64,000 nt of DNA from Octopus sinensis (GCF_006345805.1 NC_043010.1:38254001-38318000), one strand, 5' to 3'; positions 1 to 13,598 are shown, counted from the stretch's first letter. Translations and numbers: made by a program. Notes: generated from the sequence alone by a model not told the origin.

Positions 1-1250
1 TAAAAAGATAATGTATATGCAAACAAATTTCTCTTCAACGAACTTTTGACAATCTTTAAAACAGGGGCCATAAAAAAACTGTTAAATTACAGAGTGAAAG
101 CCTGCAACAAATTTCTGAGAAAATTTAAAAGGGCCACTAAAGCTACATAGGCAGCTGCTATATAAGCAGTTGAAATCCCTATTGTCTTATAAAAAATAAG
201 GACCAAATAAAACTGTGAGGTAGTTTCTATATAGTTGTATAAATTTTAGACATAGCACTTTATTCTCTCTCAAGGTACTCCCATCTTTTAAATACTAGTT
301 GTTAAATCATAAATTTTTTTTGAAAGCCTGCCCTCATACATAGCTTTTGTTATGAGCTCAAGGAGGCAGAAGGCTGGAGATTAACCCAGTTTTTATAGCA
401 CACCAGTGACTGAGATTACAAAACTCATCAGTGAATGAGATGTCAGTCTGTCACTGGGTTAACTTCCCAGGAATTGCTGAAACTCATTTACAACAGAATG
501 GACTGGAGCAATGTGAGAACAATTAAGGGTTTTGTTTAAGAACACAAATGTACTGCCTGGTCTGAGAATCAAAATCATGATCTTATGATGGGATGTCATG
601 ATCTTATGATGGGATGGGATGATCTTATGATGATATGGACAACCTGAATATCCAGAACACTGATCTGACAGATTTAATAAATGATATCAAACTGGTTATG
701 TTACAGGTCTCTAATCCTCACCCAAAACTTAACACAAGTAGCTGCAGTGTGTGTGTGACATTCAATGACTTAGCCAAAATATCATACAAATATTCTCCTC
801 TTCAGCAACAACAACAACTAAAAACAAAAATAGATATTAAACAAAACAAACATGAACAGCAGAGTTAACATGATAATGGTAGGTTTCAGGCAGTTTTAAA
901 ATGGCTTCATCTCAAGTATAGCTTCACTTTCTAAATATCTCTGACTACCATGGCATCTGACATTATCAAAGATCATACAATATGGCACTTCAGATAAGCA
1001 TAAACATAAAAATAACAGAAACAAATCATAAAAAAAGGAAACAAAAATTTACAAATGAGTTCTCAACAAAGTTCTATCCTAAACTACCATGTAATGTTCT
1101 TGCCCACTTTTAGCAAATATTCTTATACAAGGGTCTCACAGCTTTTTCTCTCATTTTCTTCTTGTTTTTATTATTAACTGCATGGCCAATTTTAAAAGAT
1201 TTTGGAGGGATTCAAAGACAACTATAGTCTTTTCACAACCAACCCTAATA

Positions 1251-2523
1251 TTGGGTTGGCAACTAAGTTCCCACTGTTTTTTTTAATTTTGGAATTTATT
1301 GTGTTTTTAAATTTTGGAATCTATTTTTTCAAGAATTCTATTTTTGAATCTATTTTGTTTTGTTTTGTTTTTTCTAGTTAATTTTAGTTAATTTTTGTTT
1401 ATTTTCAGATTATTAAAATGGAATGTCAAGTTAAGAAAAACGAGCATTTTCAACACCTCCTCCTTTTTGCTTTTAATCAAGGTTCTAAGGCCGCAAAAGC
1501 TGCTCACGATATTTATGCTGTGTATAGAGCGGGTGTTATAGCTGAAAGAACCACTTGTGATTGGTATGCCAAGTTCAAAAATGGGAATTTTGACCTCAAA
1601 GATGCACCTCATTCTGGCTGTCCAGTTGTGTTCGATGAAGAGTGATTAAACCAACTTTTGCACGAAAATTCTCGTCAAACAACAAGGGAACTGGCAGGGA
1701 AAATGGAATGCTCCACACTGCTATAGTGAAGCATCTTCACTCAATGGCAAAGGTTCAGAAGTATGGAGCATGGGTTCCACATGCTTTAAGTGACAACAAC
1801 AAAAATCAATGAGCAACAATCTCTGCTGGTTTGCTTGCTCATCACTGTTCAACGCATGGACACAAGCAACGATTTGATGAAGCAACGATTTGATGAAAAA
1901 TGGTACCTGTACATCAATATGAAGCAGCATAAGGAATGGCTTAGCCCCGGTAAACAAGCAACACCACGCGTGAAACATGATGTTCATTCGCGTAAAACGA
2001 TGTGTGCATGGTGGGACTGGGAAGGGATTATCCATTATGAATTGCTTGAATGGAACCAAACGGTCAACGTGGAACTCTATGTTCAACAGATGGAATAATT
2101 CAACACGGCTATTCAAGAGAAAAAAAACCTAATCGGCAGCATGGAGTTCTTCTGCTGCACGATAACACCTGCCTTCATATTGCCAATATGACCAAGTAAG
2201 CCATTTAAACGCATGGCTGGGAAGTGCTGCCTCACTTGCCGTACTCTCTTGATTTGACACCAACGGATTTCCACCTCTTTCGAATGCTATGTGCGGAGTT
2301 TCGTTCAATATTGATGAAGAATTTGGAGCTTGGTTGGATCAATTTTTTGAATCAAAAACAGGTGATTTCTACCAACAAAGTATTGAAAATCTTGTTGAAC
2401 ATTGGGAAGAAGTTGTAAACAACAATGGTGAATACATTTTTGATCAATTAGTTGTTATTTTTTTAGTAAACCTTTTAAAAATTTAAATTTTAAAAAACAG
2501 CGGGAACTTAGTTGCCAACCTAA
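1251..2523 (+). mobile_element. Full-length but inactivated mariner (DD34D) DNA transposon
   Basis: ~32-bp TIRs (ttgggttggcaactaagttcccactgtttttt / aaaaaacagcgggaacttagttgccaacctaa, 2 mismatches) flanked by TA at 1249-1250 and 2524-2525; transposase remnants inside. Confidence 0.95.
1418..2450 (+). pseudogene. mariner transposase pseudogene
   Basis: MECQVKKNEHFQHLLLFAF start, WVPHAL, DEKW, LHDN..(34 residues)..YSLDLTPTD motifs; interrupted by stops, frameshifts and a ~16-bp tandem duplication at ~1864-1897. Confidence 0.93.
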
Positions 2524-2968
2524 TACATTACTGTAACTGGTACCTATTTTCTTAACCTGCTTTCATCCAGAATCATGAAATGAAGTGAAATGTAATGCTA
2601 TAAAAAATTTTAAAAAAAACAAAAAAAAACATGCCACCTCTACCTTCTTCACATTGATTGTACGGCGCTTTGAACCATTAAATGTAGAACTAGTCACATT
2701 TAAAATAAAAAAAAAAAATCCAACCTCAGATCTCCATTGTCTGTCCAAACAATTACTGAATTTTCCAGCACACAAGTCAACATGGTATATAGTGTGAACA
2801 TGTAGTGTAAACATTCAAACATCATCACTATCTTTCCAAATCTGGCTGCATTTTATTTCACATGGAATCTTTGGTCCTACAAAGTTGTCTTAGTATATAA
2901 GTTGACTTGCCTTTTTTTGGTTTTAAATTTTGGTCTGAAAAATTCAACTTGTATACTGGAAAATCTGG

Positions 2969-2969
<1 letters not shown>

Positions 2970-3008
<39 letters not shown>

Positions 3009-3615
3009 CATATATATTCATACATACATATATATATATATATATATACATATATATTCATACATATATATATATCATACATATATATAATATTCATACA
3101 TATATTATACATATATATATATCATACATATATATACATATATATATTCATACATATATATACATATATATATATATTCATACATAATATACATATATAT
3201 ATATATTCATACATACATATATATATATATATATATACATATATATTCATACATATATATACATATATATATTATTCATACATATATATACATATATATA
3301 TATTCATACATATATATACATATATATATTCATACATATATATACATATATATATATTCATACATATATATACATATATATATATTCATACATATATATA
3401 CATATATATATTCATACATATATATACATATATATATATTCATACATATATATACATATATATATATACATATACACACACACATGTATATTCATACATA
3501 TATATATATACACACATGTATATTCATACATATATATATACACACATGTATATTCATACATATATATATACACATATGTATATTCATACATATATACATA
3601 TATATATGTATGTAT
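2970..3615. repeat. Compound (AT)/(ACAT) microsatellite with a ~26-bp higher-order unit (tattcatacatatatatacatatata)
   Basis: Directly visible tandem array; ORFs 2907..3617 etc. are artefacts of it. Confidence 0.95.
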
Positions 3616-3691
3616 GACAAAGGAGTTTTATTTTTAAAAACCCTTTGCCTTATTTTTCTTTTTTTGTTTCCATTTTTTTTCCTCTTATTTC

Positions 3692-4546
3692 TTATCCAGT
3701 ATGTGTCTTTACATGATTTTTCAATAGACAAAAATATGAAAAGTGTTTGTCACATATTGCACATACGTGAGGTTTATCTCCCGTATGTGACTTCATATGT
3801 CTAAGTAACTGAGAGTTTCCAATGAACCCTTTCTGACACACTTTACACTTGAAAGGTTTTTCACCCGTGTGGGTCCGCACATGTATTTTCAAAAGACATT
3901 GTAATATGAAATATTTGCCACACACATCACACTGAAACTGTTTCTTCACATCGTGTCTCCTCATGTGTTTCCTCAGAATGGTATTCGAAGGATAGCTTTG
4001 ACCACAAGTGTCGCAGGAGAACGGTTTCTCTCCAGTATGTTTACGCATGTGCAACGACAATGTGCAGCCTTGAGAAAAAGCTTTACCACATGTACTACAT
4101 TTAAATGGTTTTTCCCCTGTGTGAGTCCGGACATGTCTTCTTAAGTGTGAATTGGCAGAAAATCCCTTACCGCATATATCGCAACTAAACGGTTTTTCCC
4201 CAGTGTGAATTCGCGTGTGAATTAACAAATGGGAACCTCTTGTAAAGCATTTACCACAGTGTTTACAACTGAAGGGTCTTTCACCTGTGTGTGTTCTAAT
4301 ATGTGTAACGAGATGAGAGCTTGCAGCAAAGCCCTTTCCACATTGTTCACAACAGAAAGGTTTTTCCCCTGAGTGTATTCTTTCATGAACTATTAAACAA
4401 TACTTCATTGGAAATGATTTCCCACAGGTCTCGCATTCATAACACTCTCCGGAATGCATCCGCATGTGGTTTTTCAATTTAGTCTTCTTTGGAAATTCAT
4501 CCCCACAAAGCTTACACTGGAACATTTTGGCTTTTTCATTCCACAT
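3692..4546 (-). CDS. C2H2 zinc-finger protein, 10 tandem fingers, no effector domain (ZNF-1)
   Basis: 284-aa ORF with 10 CxxC-x12-HxxxH units and TGEKP-type linkers; in-frame TAA immediately upstream of the ATG. Confidence 0.93.
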   Translation of the reverse strand: MWNEKAKMFQCKLCGDEFPKKTKLKNHMRMHSGECYECETCGKSFPMKYCLIVHERIHSGEKPFCCEQCGKGFAASSHLVTHIRTHTGERPFSCKHCGKCFTRGSHLLIHTRIHTGEKPFSCDICGKGFSANSHLRRHVRTHTGEKPFKCSTCGKAFSQGCTLSLHMRKHTGEKPFSCDTCGQSYPSNTILRKHMRRHDVKKQFQCDVCGKYFILQCLLKIHVRTHTGEKPFKCKVCQKGFIGNSQLLRHMKSHTGDKPHVCAICDKHFSYFCLLKNHVKTHTG

Positions 4547-4800
4547 TTAGAATTTGGGTCTCTCAGTAATGGAGTAAAACCATTTTAGTTCAAAACACTT
4601 GAGAAGCGTCTTCTTTAGGATTGCTTCACTTAAGGCCAGCTTAATGGAGTAGCTAAACCGCCTTAAATGAATTCCATACTATGTTTTTAATATAACAAAC
4701 AGATTATAGTTTTCTTGCTTTTTGCTCTGTGTTGTTGTTGGTAGACTTGCAACTTATTCAACATGACAGCTGTCTGGAAAACAGAAAAAGAAAAATTGGA
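4547..4800 (-). other. 5' UTR part of the ZNF-1 coding exon and its 3' splice site
   Basis: Minus strand reads tccaatttttctttttctgttttccag|ACAGCTG (CAG at 4774-4776); exon sequence 4773-4547 precedes the ATG. Confidence 0.6.
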
Positions 4801-4996
4801 ATAAAAGAACGTCTGAGAATGAAGATTAAAAAAAAAAAATGGTTGATATTTTCATAATATATTTTCTATTTAATACTTCAGAGTTGATACAATAAAGCAC
4901 CAGTTAAATACCAGAGTGGGGGATATTGTCTAAGTCCCTCCACTGAAAACTGCAGGCCTTGTGGCAAAATTTGAAACCATTATTATTAATAATAAT

Positions 4997-5135
4997 TTGG
5001 CATTAGGAAGGGCATCCAGCTGTAGAAACTTCGCCAAATCAAGATTGAAGCCTGGTGCAGCCATCTGGTTCGCCAGTCCTCAGTCAAATCGTCCAACCCA
5101 TGCTAGCATGGAAAGCGGACGTTAAACGATGATGA
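4997..5135 (+). mobile_element. Family D repeat (ttggcattaggaagggcatcc...gttaaacgatgatga; (TGA)n-tailed retroposon 3' part)
   Basis: Same sequence recurs at ~23.7-24.2, 30.6, 34.4-35.1 and 36.5 kb. Confidence 0.85.
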
Positions 5136-5139
5136 AGAT

Positions 5140-5560
5140 TATTAATAACAGAATCGCTGGATGAAATGCTTAGCAGCATTTCAGCCATCTTTATGTTCTG
5201 AATTCAAATTCTACAATGGTTGACTTCGCCTTTCATCCTTTCAGGGTCTATAAAATAAGTACCTGAGGTTGATGTAATTAACTAGTCTCCTCCCTTATAG
5301 TAGAAAGGTTTATTGTTTTTATTGTTAAGGCAGTGAACTGCCTGAATCATTAACGTATCAGACAAAATGCTTGGCAGCATTTCTTCTGGCTTTGCATTCT
5401 GAATTGAAATGCAGCAAAAGTTGACTTAGTCTTTCAACCTTTCAGAGTCAATGAAATAAATCCCAGTTAAGCACTGGGGCTGACTAACCTGCTTCCACAA
5501 AATTTCAGGCCTTGCGTCTACAGGAGAAAGGATTATTGTTGTCATTATTAAGGGAACAAA
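5140..5560 (+). mobile_element. Two degenerate head-to-tail family A' SINE copies
   Basis: Decayed gaaatgcttagc / gttctgaattcaaat / cctttcatcctttc motifs with (ATT)n-like tails. Confidence 0.7.
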
Positions 5561-5611
5561 TAAACAGAACTGTCACCGTGTTAGACAAGCAGCAATTTTT
5601 TTCCGACTCTA

Positions 5612-6040
5612 TGAAGGCGGTGAGCTGGCAGAAATGTTAGCACACCAGGTGAAATGCTTAGTAGTATTTCGTCTGCCGTTACGTTCTGAGTTCAAATTCA
5701 GACGAGGTCGACTTTGCCTTTCATCCTTTCGGGGTAGATAAATTAAGTACCAGTTACGCACTGGGGTCGATGTAATCGACTAAATCCCTTTGTCTGACCT
5801 TGTTTGTCCCCTCTATGTTTAGCCCCTTGTGGGCAATAAAGAAATAAGATGTTAGCACGCCAGGTGAAATGCTTAGTGGTATTTCGTCTGTCACTATGTT
5901 CTGAGTTCAAATTCCGCCGAGGTCGACTTTACCTGTCATCCTTTCGGGGTTGATAAATTAAGTACCAGTTGCGTACTGGAGTCAAGCAAATCAACTGGCT
6001 CCTTCCCCAAAATTTCGAGCTTTGTGCCTAGAGTAGAGAA
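5612..6040 (+). mobile_element. Family A SINE (full length) fused to a 5'-truncated A' copy
   Basis: tRNA-like head (A box tggcagaaatgtt, B box gagttcaaattc), central cctttcatcctttcggggt..ataaattaagtaccag domain, two different tails. Confidence 0.9.
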
Positions 6041-6789
6041 AAAAATTTTCCAACTCTTCATTCTGAATTCAAATGCCAATGAAGTCAACTTTGCCTTTCA
6101 TTCTTTCGGGGTCGATAAAATATGTACTAGCTGCACGCTGGAGTTGATGTAATTCTCTTCCCCTTCCTTAAAAATTACTGGCCATGTACCAAAATTATTA
6201 TTATTATCATAAGTGGTTGGTTTTCCAAATGCAATTACACGCTATTAATTATACACCCCGCCTAGTAATTTGAGGAATTGTGTCTGAAATTACCTGTTAT
6301 TATTACATAGAAGGAATGTAGAACAGTGAGAAATATTGGTTTGTCATACTCCACTGCCTTAAAGTACTGAGTAATGTGTCTGTTTTAACGTTCAAATCCC
6401 ACCAGAGACGAGTTTTGTCTTTCATCTTTTCTAGGTCTATCCAAAGGTGTGCACTCCATTGGCCTTTCACCTTATACATAAACAAGAAACAACAATGCAC
6501 ATACGTAATCACAGAATGTATTATAAACGTTTAACGCGACTTGTTGCTGTCTTCTTCTTCCAATCAGGACTCGCGCCATTAGCCACAAAGAATAATCTCT
6601 AATTCGAGCCTACTCTAAGTTACTAATATTGCGTGTTGCAACTTGAAAATCCACCCACCACACGCGATAGACAGGCGGTTGTACGAGCACGAAAGCTACG
6701 TTGTTATCCTCATTCTGTAAAAGGTGGCTTTTAACGGGTGGAGAGCTGAACCATCCTAGGGTCTGAAAGTTTACCACACCATGGTCCCT

Positions 6790-6944
6790 CTACTTTGTGG
6801 CAGAAGTAGGAAGAAAGAGAGAAAGTTATGGCGAAAGAGTACAGCGGGGTTCACTACCCCTCCCCGCCGGAGCTTCGTGGAGCTTAGGTGATTTTGCTCA
6901 ATAAACACTCACAATGCCCTAACCACTGGGCCATTGCGCCTCCA
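6790..6944 (-). mobile_element. Family C tRNA-derived SINE, partial
   Basis: Reverse complement of gtggaggcgcaatggcccagtggttagggc..., matching the copies at 25866 and 52446. Confidence 0.85.
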
Positions 6945-7733
6945 CACTAGTTGCTGTTGTTTATGCCAGGATCAGCCCTGGCGTAGTAGACAGCGTCAAA
7001 AGCATTCCAGCTCTGGCCATCCCGTCCTTTTTTATATCTAAGACCATTTACCGTGTACTTCTCGTTTTAAAGTACAGGAGGGAAATTTATTGGAGATTTG
7101 GCTGTTACTTCTAGCATGTAGAGCGACCGCATCGAGGCTCGGTTGATGTACTGTAAAAGTACATGTGATACATATATTGCGAAATATAAAATGTCACAAG
7201 TCTACAGTTCCCCTCATTTCCGTTACATGAATTGGTCGATATGTGAAATAGTTTTAATCAATAGAAAAGAAAGATAGCATAGAATATTAAAAAAATTATT
7301 TTAAAAACACGAGATAAAAACAGACTAAAAAACGGTTGGCTGTAAAATTTGGCACCTAGTTTTTCAACGTTAACCAAACGAAACGAAATAAGAAAAAAAA
7401 TGGTCTCTTGAAAAGAAATCAATAAATGTTTTAAATACCAATGACATCTAACACGTACACCTTTTTTTAAAATGATATTTTTTCATCCAGTTTAAAAACA
7501 TTCTCAGACGTTTCAATTGGTTAAGAATTATGTCTAATTGATTGATATATAAGCATGCAGAAATGTAAAGCAATGTTTTAGCAACGCATTTTCTTCTGGA
7601 TTAAGAACTGCATGTCGGCAGACTTGTTGAGGTTTATGATGAAACAGAAAAAAAATCCTTTGTTAGTGATGCATCTTTTGTATTAATACCAGTAATCATT
7701 TATATCATATTATGTTTTGATTTTCTTTTTAAA

Positions 7734-8130
7734 CTGTGTGGTAAGTAGCTTGCATACCAACCACATGGTTCCGAATTCAGTCCCACTGCGTGGCACCTTG
7801 CGCAAGTGTCTTCTACTACATAGCCTCGGGCCGACCAAAGCCTTGAGAGTGGATTTGGTAGACGGAAACTGAAAGAAGCCCGTCGTCTATATGTATGTAT
7901 ATATATGTGTGTGTGTATGTGTGTGTGTGTGTTTGCGTGTCTGTTTGTTCCCCCAACATCGCTTGACAACCAATGCTGGTGTGTTTACGTCCACGTAACT
8001 TAGCAGTTCGGCTAAAAGACCGATAGAATAAGTACTATGCTTACAAAGAATAAGTTCCGGGGTCGATTTGCTCGACTAAAGGCGGTGCTCCAGCATGGCC
8101 GCAGTCAAATGACTGAAACAATTAAAAGAG
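7734..8130 (+). mobile_element. Family B SINE (tRNA head, CORE-like ccttgggcaagt segment, internal microsatellite)
   Basis: ~400-bp match to more than 10 other copies in the window. Confidence 0.92.
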
Positions 8131-8965
8131 AGTAAACTAAGAGCCGTTTTTCGTTTCGCTGATATTTAATAATACGGGCGCTAGGGTTTAACATTAACCT
8201 ACAAAACTATAAATAGTACGGCTGGTAGTTAAAAAACAATAACAAAATAATAGAATAGAAAAAAATGGTTTACCGTCCACATTTTGTTGCTCGGTTTCAA
8301 TTTTCGGCAGAGTTACTTTAACATTAGCAGTCGTGAGATCAATTAAACAACGTTTGCAGAGTTCATAGCAGAAGCAGTTATAAAGTGCATGCATCCTCCC
8401 GGTGAAAACTTTGCGAGTGTTCCTTATTGTATGAAATCCGAAGCCAAAAAAAAAACCGATTCAATACTAAGAAAACAAATTACATAGATTTGTTGTAAGC
8501 TAAGCTCGGTCGACAATCTGGTTTCGATTCCCACTTGTGTATACATTACTTCGGCGCTCATGAGACAGACTTAATTCGCTGCCCAATTAAACAGCTTCGT
8601 CTGGTCCAAGGGAACATGATGGAAACTGAAAGAAGGCCATGTGTGTGTGTGTGCGTGAAAGAGAGAGAAAGAAAGAAAGAGAGAGAGTGTGTGCATTTGT
8701 ATTACTTCTACTGTCTCCTTGCCTTGACATTGGGCAATGGTCGTAAGCAAGTGTCCTTGTCATGGAAGAAGTGTTCTTCGTTTCCGATCTGTCATGTAAA
8801 CATGAATGGCCATGGTGAAATATTACTTGAAAATATATGAGGGTTGGTGACAGGCTGGGCATCCAGCCATACAAAATGCGTCTGATCCACTCGAGCATGA
8901 AAAAGTGGATGATTGTCTTAGGGCTGAATCATGTAAAAGAATTAAAGAATAAAAGAACATATATT

Positions 8966-9392
8966 GGATCTTTTCGGTTTGAACGGCAGTTTTTTCTAGC
9001 GGTGTCATATGAAATTCTCACCCATAATTATGACCCTAGTATCGATCTATTGCATTTCAATCTGTTTTAGGGTTAGGGTTAGAGTTAGGGTTGGGGTGGG
9101 GGGAAGGGTATCTTTTTTTCTTCACAAATGTAAATAAACCCAATCTGTTTCTTAAACGAGGGACATATTCATACGGCACAGAATGTTTTCACCTCAATAG
9201 ACGTCATTGATTGGTTAAAATTGCAGAAATTGAAGAAAAAAAACAACGAATATCTTACAAACTATAGAATTTTCTCAATAAAGCCAAGAGAAAAAGATGT
9301 TTTATAAACACATTCTACTAGTATACGAAGTTTAAAAGTGTTTAGTTACCTAGAAATTATGTTAAAAACTGCCGTTCAAACCGAAAAGATCC
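8966..9392. mobile_element. MITE with perfect 29-bp TIRs and internal TTAGGG repeats
   Basis: ggatcttttcggtttgaacggcagttttt ... aaaaactgccgttcaaaccgaaaagatcc; ttagggttagggttagagttagggtt at ~9067-9092. Confidence 0.88.
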
Positions 9393-9452
9393 CAATTATT
9401 CGGTAGCCATGATAAAACTCCGAGTTTCGGATGCCGAGTTGGAAATCCATGT

Positions 9453-9461
9453 CGCCATCTT
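9453..9461 (-). promoter_or_regulatory. YY1-type motif (AAGATGGCG) in a CpG-containing unique patch; possible minus-strand promoter
   Basis: cgccatctt on the plus strand within a CpG-bearing, non-repeat stretch (~9400-9540). No transcript evidence. Confidence 0.25.
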
Positions 9462-10024
9462 TTCAGTTGTCCGACCATCGGAAAAATACTATGAAAAATG
9501 ACCGTTATAGGAAGGGAAATTACTGTGTGATTGACCGTTATAAGACAAAAGAGCTATTTAAATGACCGCTAAGTGAGGGGAGGGAGTAAAAGTAAGGGGG
9601 TAGAAATTTCATAGTATTCGCGTAAGCGCGCATGTTCATACCTACACATGTGCGCCCGCACACCCACGTACGTGCGCCTAATAGTATACATTCATCCACT
9701 CTCACTTTTATTCTTTTAGACAATCATCCACTTTTTCATGCTCGCGTGGATCAGACACATTTTGTATGGCTAGATGCTCATCCTGTCACCAGCCCTCATA
9801 TATTTTCAAGTAATATTTCACCTTGGCCATACATGTTTACATGAAATTAGGTAGATGGAACTTGTATGGAGTCCCAACAGATGGTCTGTATTCGTAATTC
9901 AAAGATCCAGCCCTATGACACTAATTCCCTCCAAGAATTATACTAATTAATACTTGTGTCTGCGGAATACTCAACAACTTACATGCCGATTCATTCAGCC
10001 ATATATTTTTTTAAATCGTTTTTT

Positions 10025-10479
10025 GTTTCAATCTTTAGACTGAAGCACCGACTTGAAGGAAGTTTTTTTTAGATGTGTGAATCGACTCATGTACTTTTTT
10101 TTTTTTTTTTCGCAAACTTGACACTTATTCTATCGGTCTCTTTTTGCCGAACCACTAAGTTACGGCGTCGCAAACATACCAACACCAGTTGTGAAGCGAT
10201 GGTGGATAACAGTCAATAATCCCACCCCCATGTATACATATATATATGTGTGTGTGTGTATACATACATACATACATACATACATGTATGTGCGTGTGTG
10301 TGTGTACATATATATGACGTGCTTCTCTCAGTTTCCGTCTACCAAATCTACTCGCAGGGCTTTGGTCGGCCCGCCCGAGGCTATTGCAGAAAACATTTGC
10401 CCAACGTATCACACAGTTGGATAGAACCCAGAACCATGTGGTTGGGAAACAAACTCCTTAATACTCAACCACGCTTGCG

Positions 10480-10482
<3 letters not shown>
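10025..10482 (-). mobile_element. Family B SINE
   Basis: Reverse-complement match to the family B consensus. Confidence 0.88.
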
Positions 10483-10570
<88 letters not shown>

Positions 10571-11544
10571 GTGAACATAGCTTTGACTGGAAGGAGCAGG
10601 TGGTATTTAGAATTTGGACCGTAATCCCCTCCAGTGAGCGGGTCAGCTGAGATGACCAACTCATTGCTCATCATCTTCTCTTGGCTTCCAATTTAACTCT
10701 CGTCTTTTGCTCCATAACCAGCGAGAGGCTCTTCCTGATGCTTCTCCCATCCGGTGCACAACTACTTTTCTCTCTCTCTCTGTCTCTTATTCCAATGATT
10801 GTAAGTAATCTCCATACTGAGTAGGAAATCTCTGTTCAACCTCGACTGGGAATAACTACGACTGCCATTCTTTCTCCCCGTAATCCTGCAAAAAGCTTTG
10901 GTAGTATTGAGATTGATCTAACTGAGGGAGAGAGAGAGAAAGAGAGAGAGGGGGAGTGTGAGTGCGTGTGTGTGTGTGGGGGGGGACAATTATTTCGTCA
11001 CCTTCAGGCATCCATTTCATGAAAGAAAAAGAAAATTCAGGACCCAGAGTTACCTCCCGTGCACTGTGAAGTGTCCTCTCTCTTTCTCGCTATCGTGGGT
11101 TTCCTACTTCTGTTTTCAAGAAGCGGTAGACAACAGAGTGTTTGACAAAATATTTTGCATCTTTGAGTAACGACCGTTCATAAACTGGGTTCACATCCTA
11201 TAGGGATCGGGTTTTGCTTTTTTTTTCCTGAATATTCAGCGGCATTTAATCACGTTCCTAGATCAAATACCTCTTCTAGTTTCTCGAGTATCGACAATAC
11301 TGCAATCAGTCTCTACTCTTCTTCAAAACGTGTCTGCTTGTGCCATTGTTAAAAAAAGCAGACACAGTTTCCCTTTAAAGAGGAACATTAAAAAAATCTT
11401 ATTTCTGTTGTTAATATATTTCAGTGTACGAGAAAAAGACAAAAAATATGTTAAAATATACAAAACTCAGTTCCGTAGGGAATTCTTCATAGCTATTAGG
11501 AAACAAATACGCCGTGGGAAATGCTTTTATTTTATCATATCATC

Positions 11545-11770
11545 GAGAACATATTTAGATGTGGTGTCTACTCGGCTGGCATACATGAATAGTATCTGTA
11601 TTTCAAAGGGCCAACCGTATCACATTCTGTGTCACGCTGAATTCCTTGAGAACTACGTTTAGGGTAAGCGTGTCTGTGGAGTGCTCAGCCACTTACACGT
11701 TAATTTCACGGGAAGCCTGTTCCGTCCATCGGATCAACTGGAACCCTCGTCGTCGTAATCGACAGTGTTA
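11545..11770 (+). mobile_element. 3' part of a family C/E SINE
   Basis: tgtatttcaaagggcc...gtgtcacgctgaat...gtggagtgctcagccacttacacg matches 26050-26237. Confidence 0.8.
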
Positions 11771-12765
11771 GTAAAGATGCAGTGTATATTTGTCAGTGAC
11801 CAGGTTACAGTTGGCACGGAGAAAAATTTGACATCATAAGACAGATAATAAATGTTTAAGTGAAGTAAACCATTTCGGTGTGTTTTTGAATGACTAACAC
11901 TTGTCTTCCACATTACAACCGTAGAATATATTCAATCGTTTGATCAAATATTAAAACTAAATATTGACACAAAATATTTTAATAATGAAGGGACAAGCCA
12001 ATCAAAGTTGTTCACTTTTAAATGAATTTTTTCTAACCATATCGTAGGAGTTGGAGTGGTTAGGTGCCCCAAATCACATTGATCATGCAGTGATTATGTT
12101 CTATTATTTTACTATCTGTGGAAGGCACATTTCCTAGTGGTTAGGGTGTTATACATCGTACCTTGGGCAAGTGTTTTCTACTCAGAACGTAAAATATTTT
12201 TTATTAAATAACAATATGGTCAATGATGTAACTAATCACTGTGAAGAAATCATCTGTGCAGATGCTTCAGCAAGAATCTGTAGAATTGTCTTTCTTGAAC
12301 TCTGAGAGAGACTACCATCTTTTCATTTTTGCATCTCATATTTTTTCAAAAGCTTTGACAGAAACTGTCTGATACTGTGTGAATAAAACTCATACAGTTC
12401 CAGCAAATTAAAGTAACTATTTGAATGCATGATGAACTGGCACATGATTTTGGGTTACATGGCACCATGGGCAAGTATTTTTTGCTATAACCCTAGGTTG
12501 ACCAAAACCTTGAATGGCTCTGAATGATGGAAACTGAAAGAAACCTCTCATCATCATCCAGTGTTTTAAATCTGGGGGGAAGGGGTGGCTAGATCTACCT
12601 CAATGCTATAGCAACCAAGGTAGACAGGGGCAGCCTACCCCAACCTTTGGGCTGACTGGTGCCCATTCTCCTTTGCTATCATGAGGCGTTTTTTGGAGCT
12701 GGATTTTCTAGAGGGAACATGCTTTTGCTTACCCTCAATCTGTTTCAAGACAATTGTATAAATTT

Positions 12766-12998
12766 AAGGTGGCGAGCTGGCAGAAACGTTAGCACGCAGG
12801 GTGAAATGCCTAGCAGTATTTCGTCTGTCTTTACGTTCTGAGTTCAAATTCCACCAAGGTCGACTTTGCCTGTCATCCTTTCAGGATCAATAAATTAAGT
12901 ACCAGTTACGCACTGGGGTCGATGTAATTGACTTAATCCCTTTGTCTGTCCTTGTTTGTCCCCTCTATGTTTAGCTCCTTGTAGGCAATAAAGAAATA
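12766..12998 (+). mobile_element. Family A SINE, full-length monomer
   Basis: ggcgagctggcagaaacgttagc ... aataaagaaata. Confidence 0.92.
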
Positions 12999-13354
12999 TG
13001 TATAAATATGTGTGTGGGTGTATATGATTGTATTTCTTTGTCCTGACATTGCATGACAGTCGTAAATGAATGTCACTGTCATACAAGCAGCATTCTTCAT
13101 TTATAATCTTGCATGCAAACATATCTGGCTGTGGGGAAACATTACATTACCTTACTTAGACACAAGCAAGAGTTTGCAAGATGAAGGACATCCAGCCATG
13201 GAAACTCTACAACAATAAATTCTGTCAGACTCATGCTAGCATAGAAAAGTGGCTGTTAAAATGATGACAATGATGTATACACACATATCTATCAGACTCT
13301 TTCTCTCTCATATATATATATACACACACACACACACTGTGTGTATATATATTT

Positions 13355-13559
13355 TCTTTTACTTGTTTCAGTCATTTGACTGTGGCCATGATGGAGCACC
13401 ACCTTTAGTCGAGCAAATCGACCCCAGGACTTATTCTTTGTAAGCCTAGTACTTATTCTATCGGTCACTTTTGCTGAACCGCTAAGTTATGGGGATGTAA
13501 ACATACCAACATCGGTTGTCAAGTGATGTTGGGGGACAAACACAGACACACAAACATAT

Positions 13560-13598
<39 letters not shown>

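Noticed and set aside
576-634. Three-copy gatcttatgatg(ggatg) tandem
   Set aside because: Short local slippage duplication at the end of a decayed SINE; far too short and without spacers to be CRISPR-like.
6290-6620. Minus-strand donor-like sites (6293, 6504) and a CCAAT/CpG patch as the ZNF-1 first exon
   Set aside because: Plausible, but exon boundaries cannot be fixed without transcripts.
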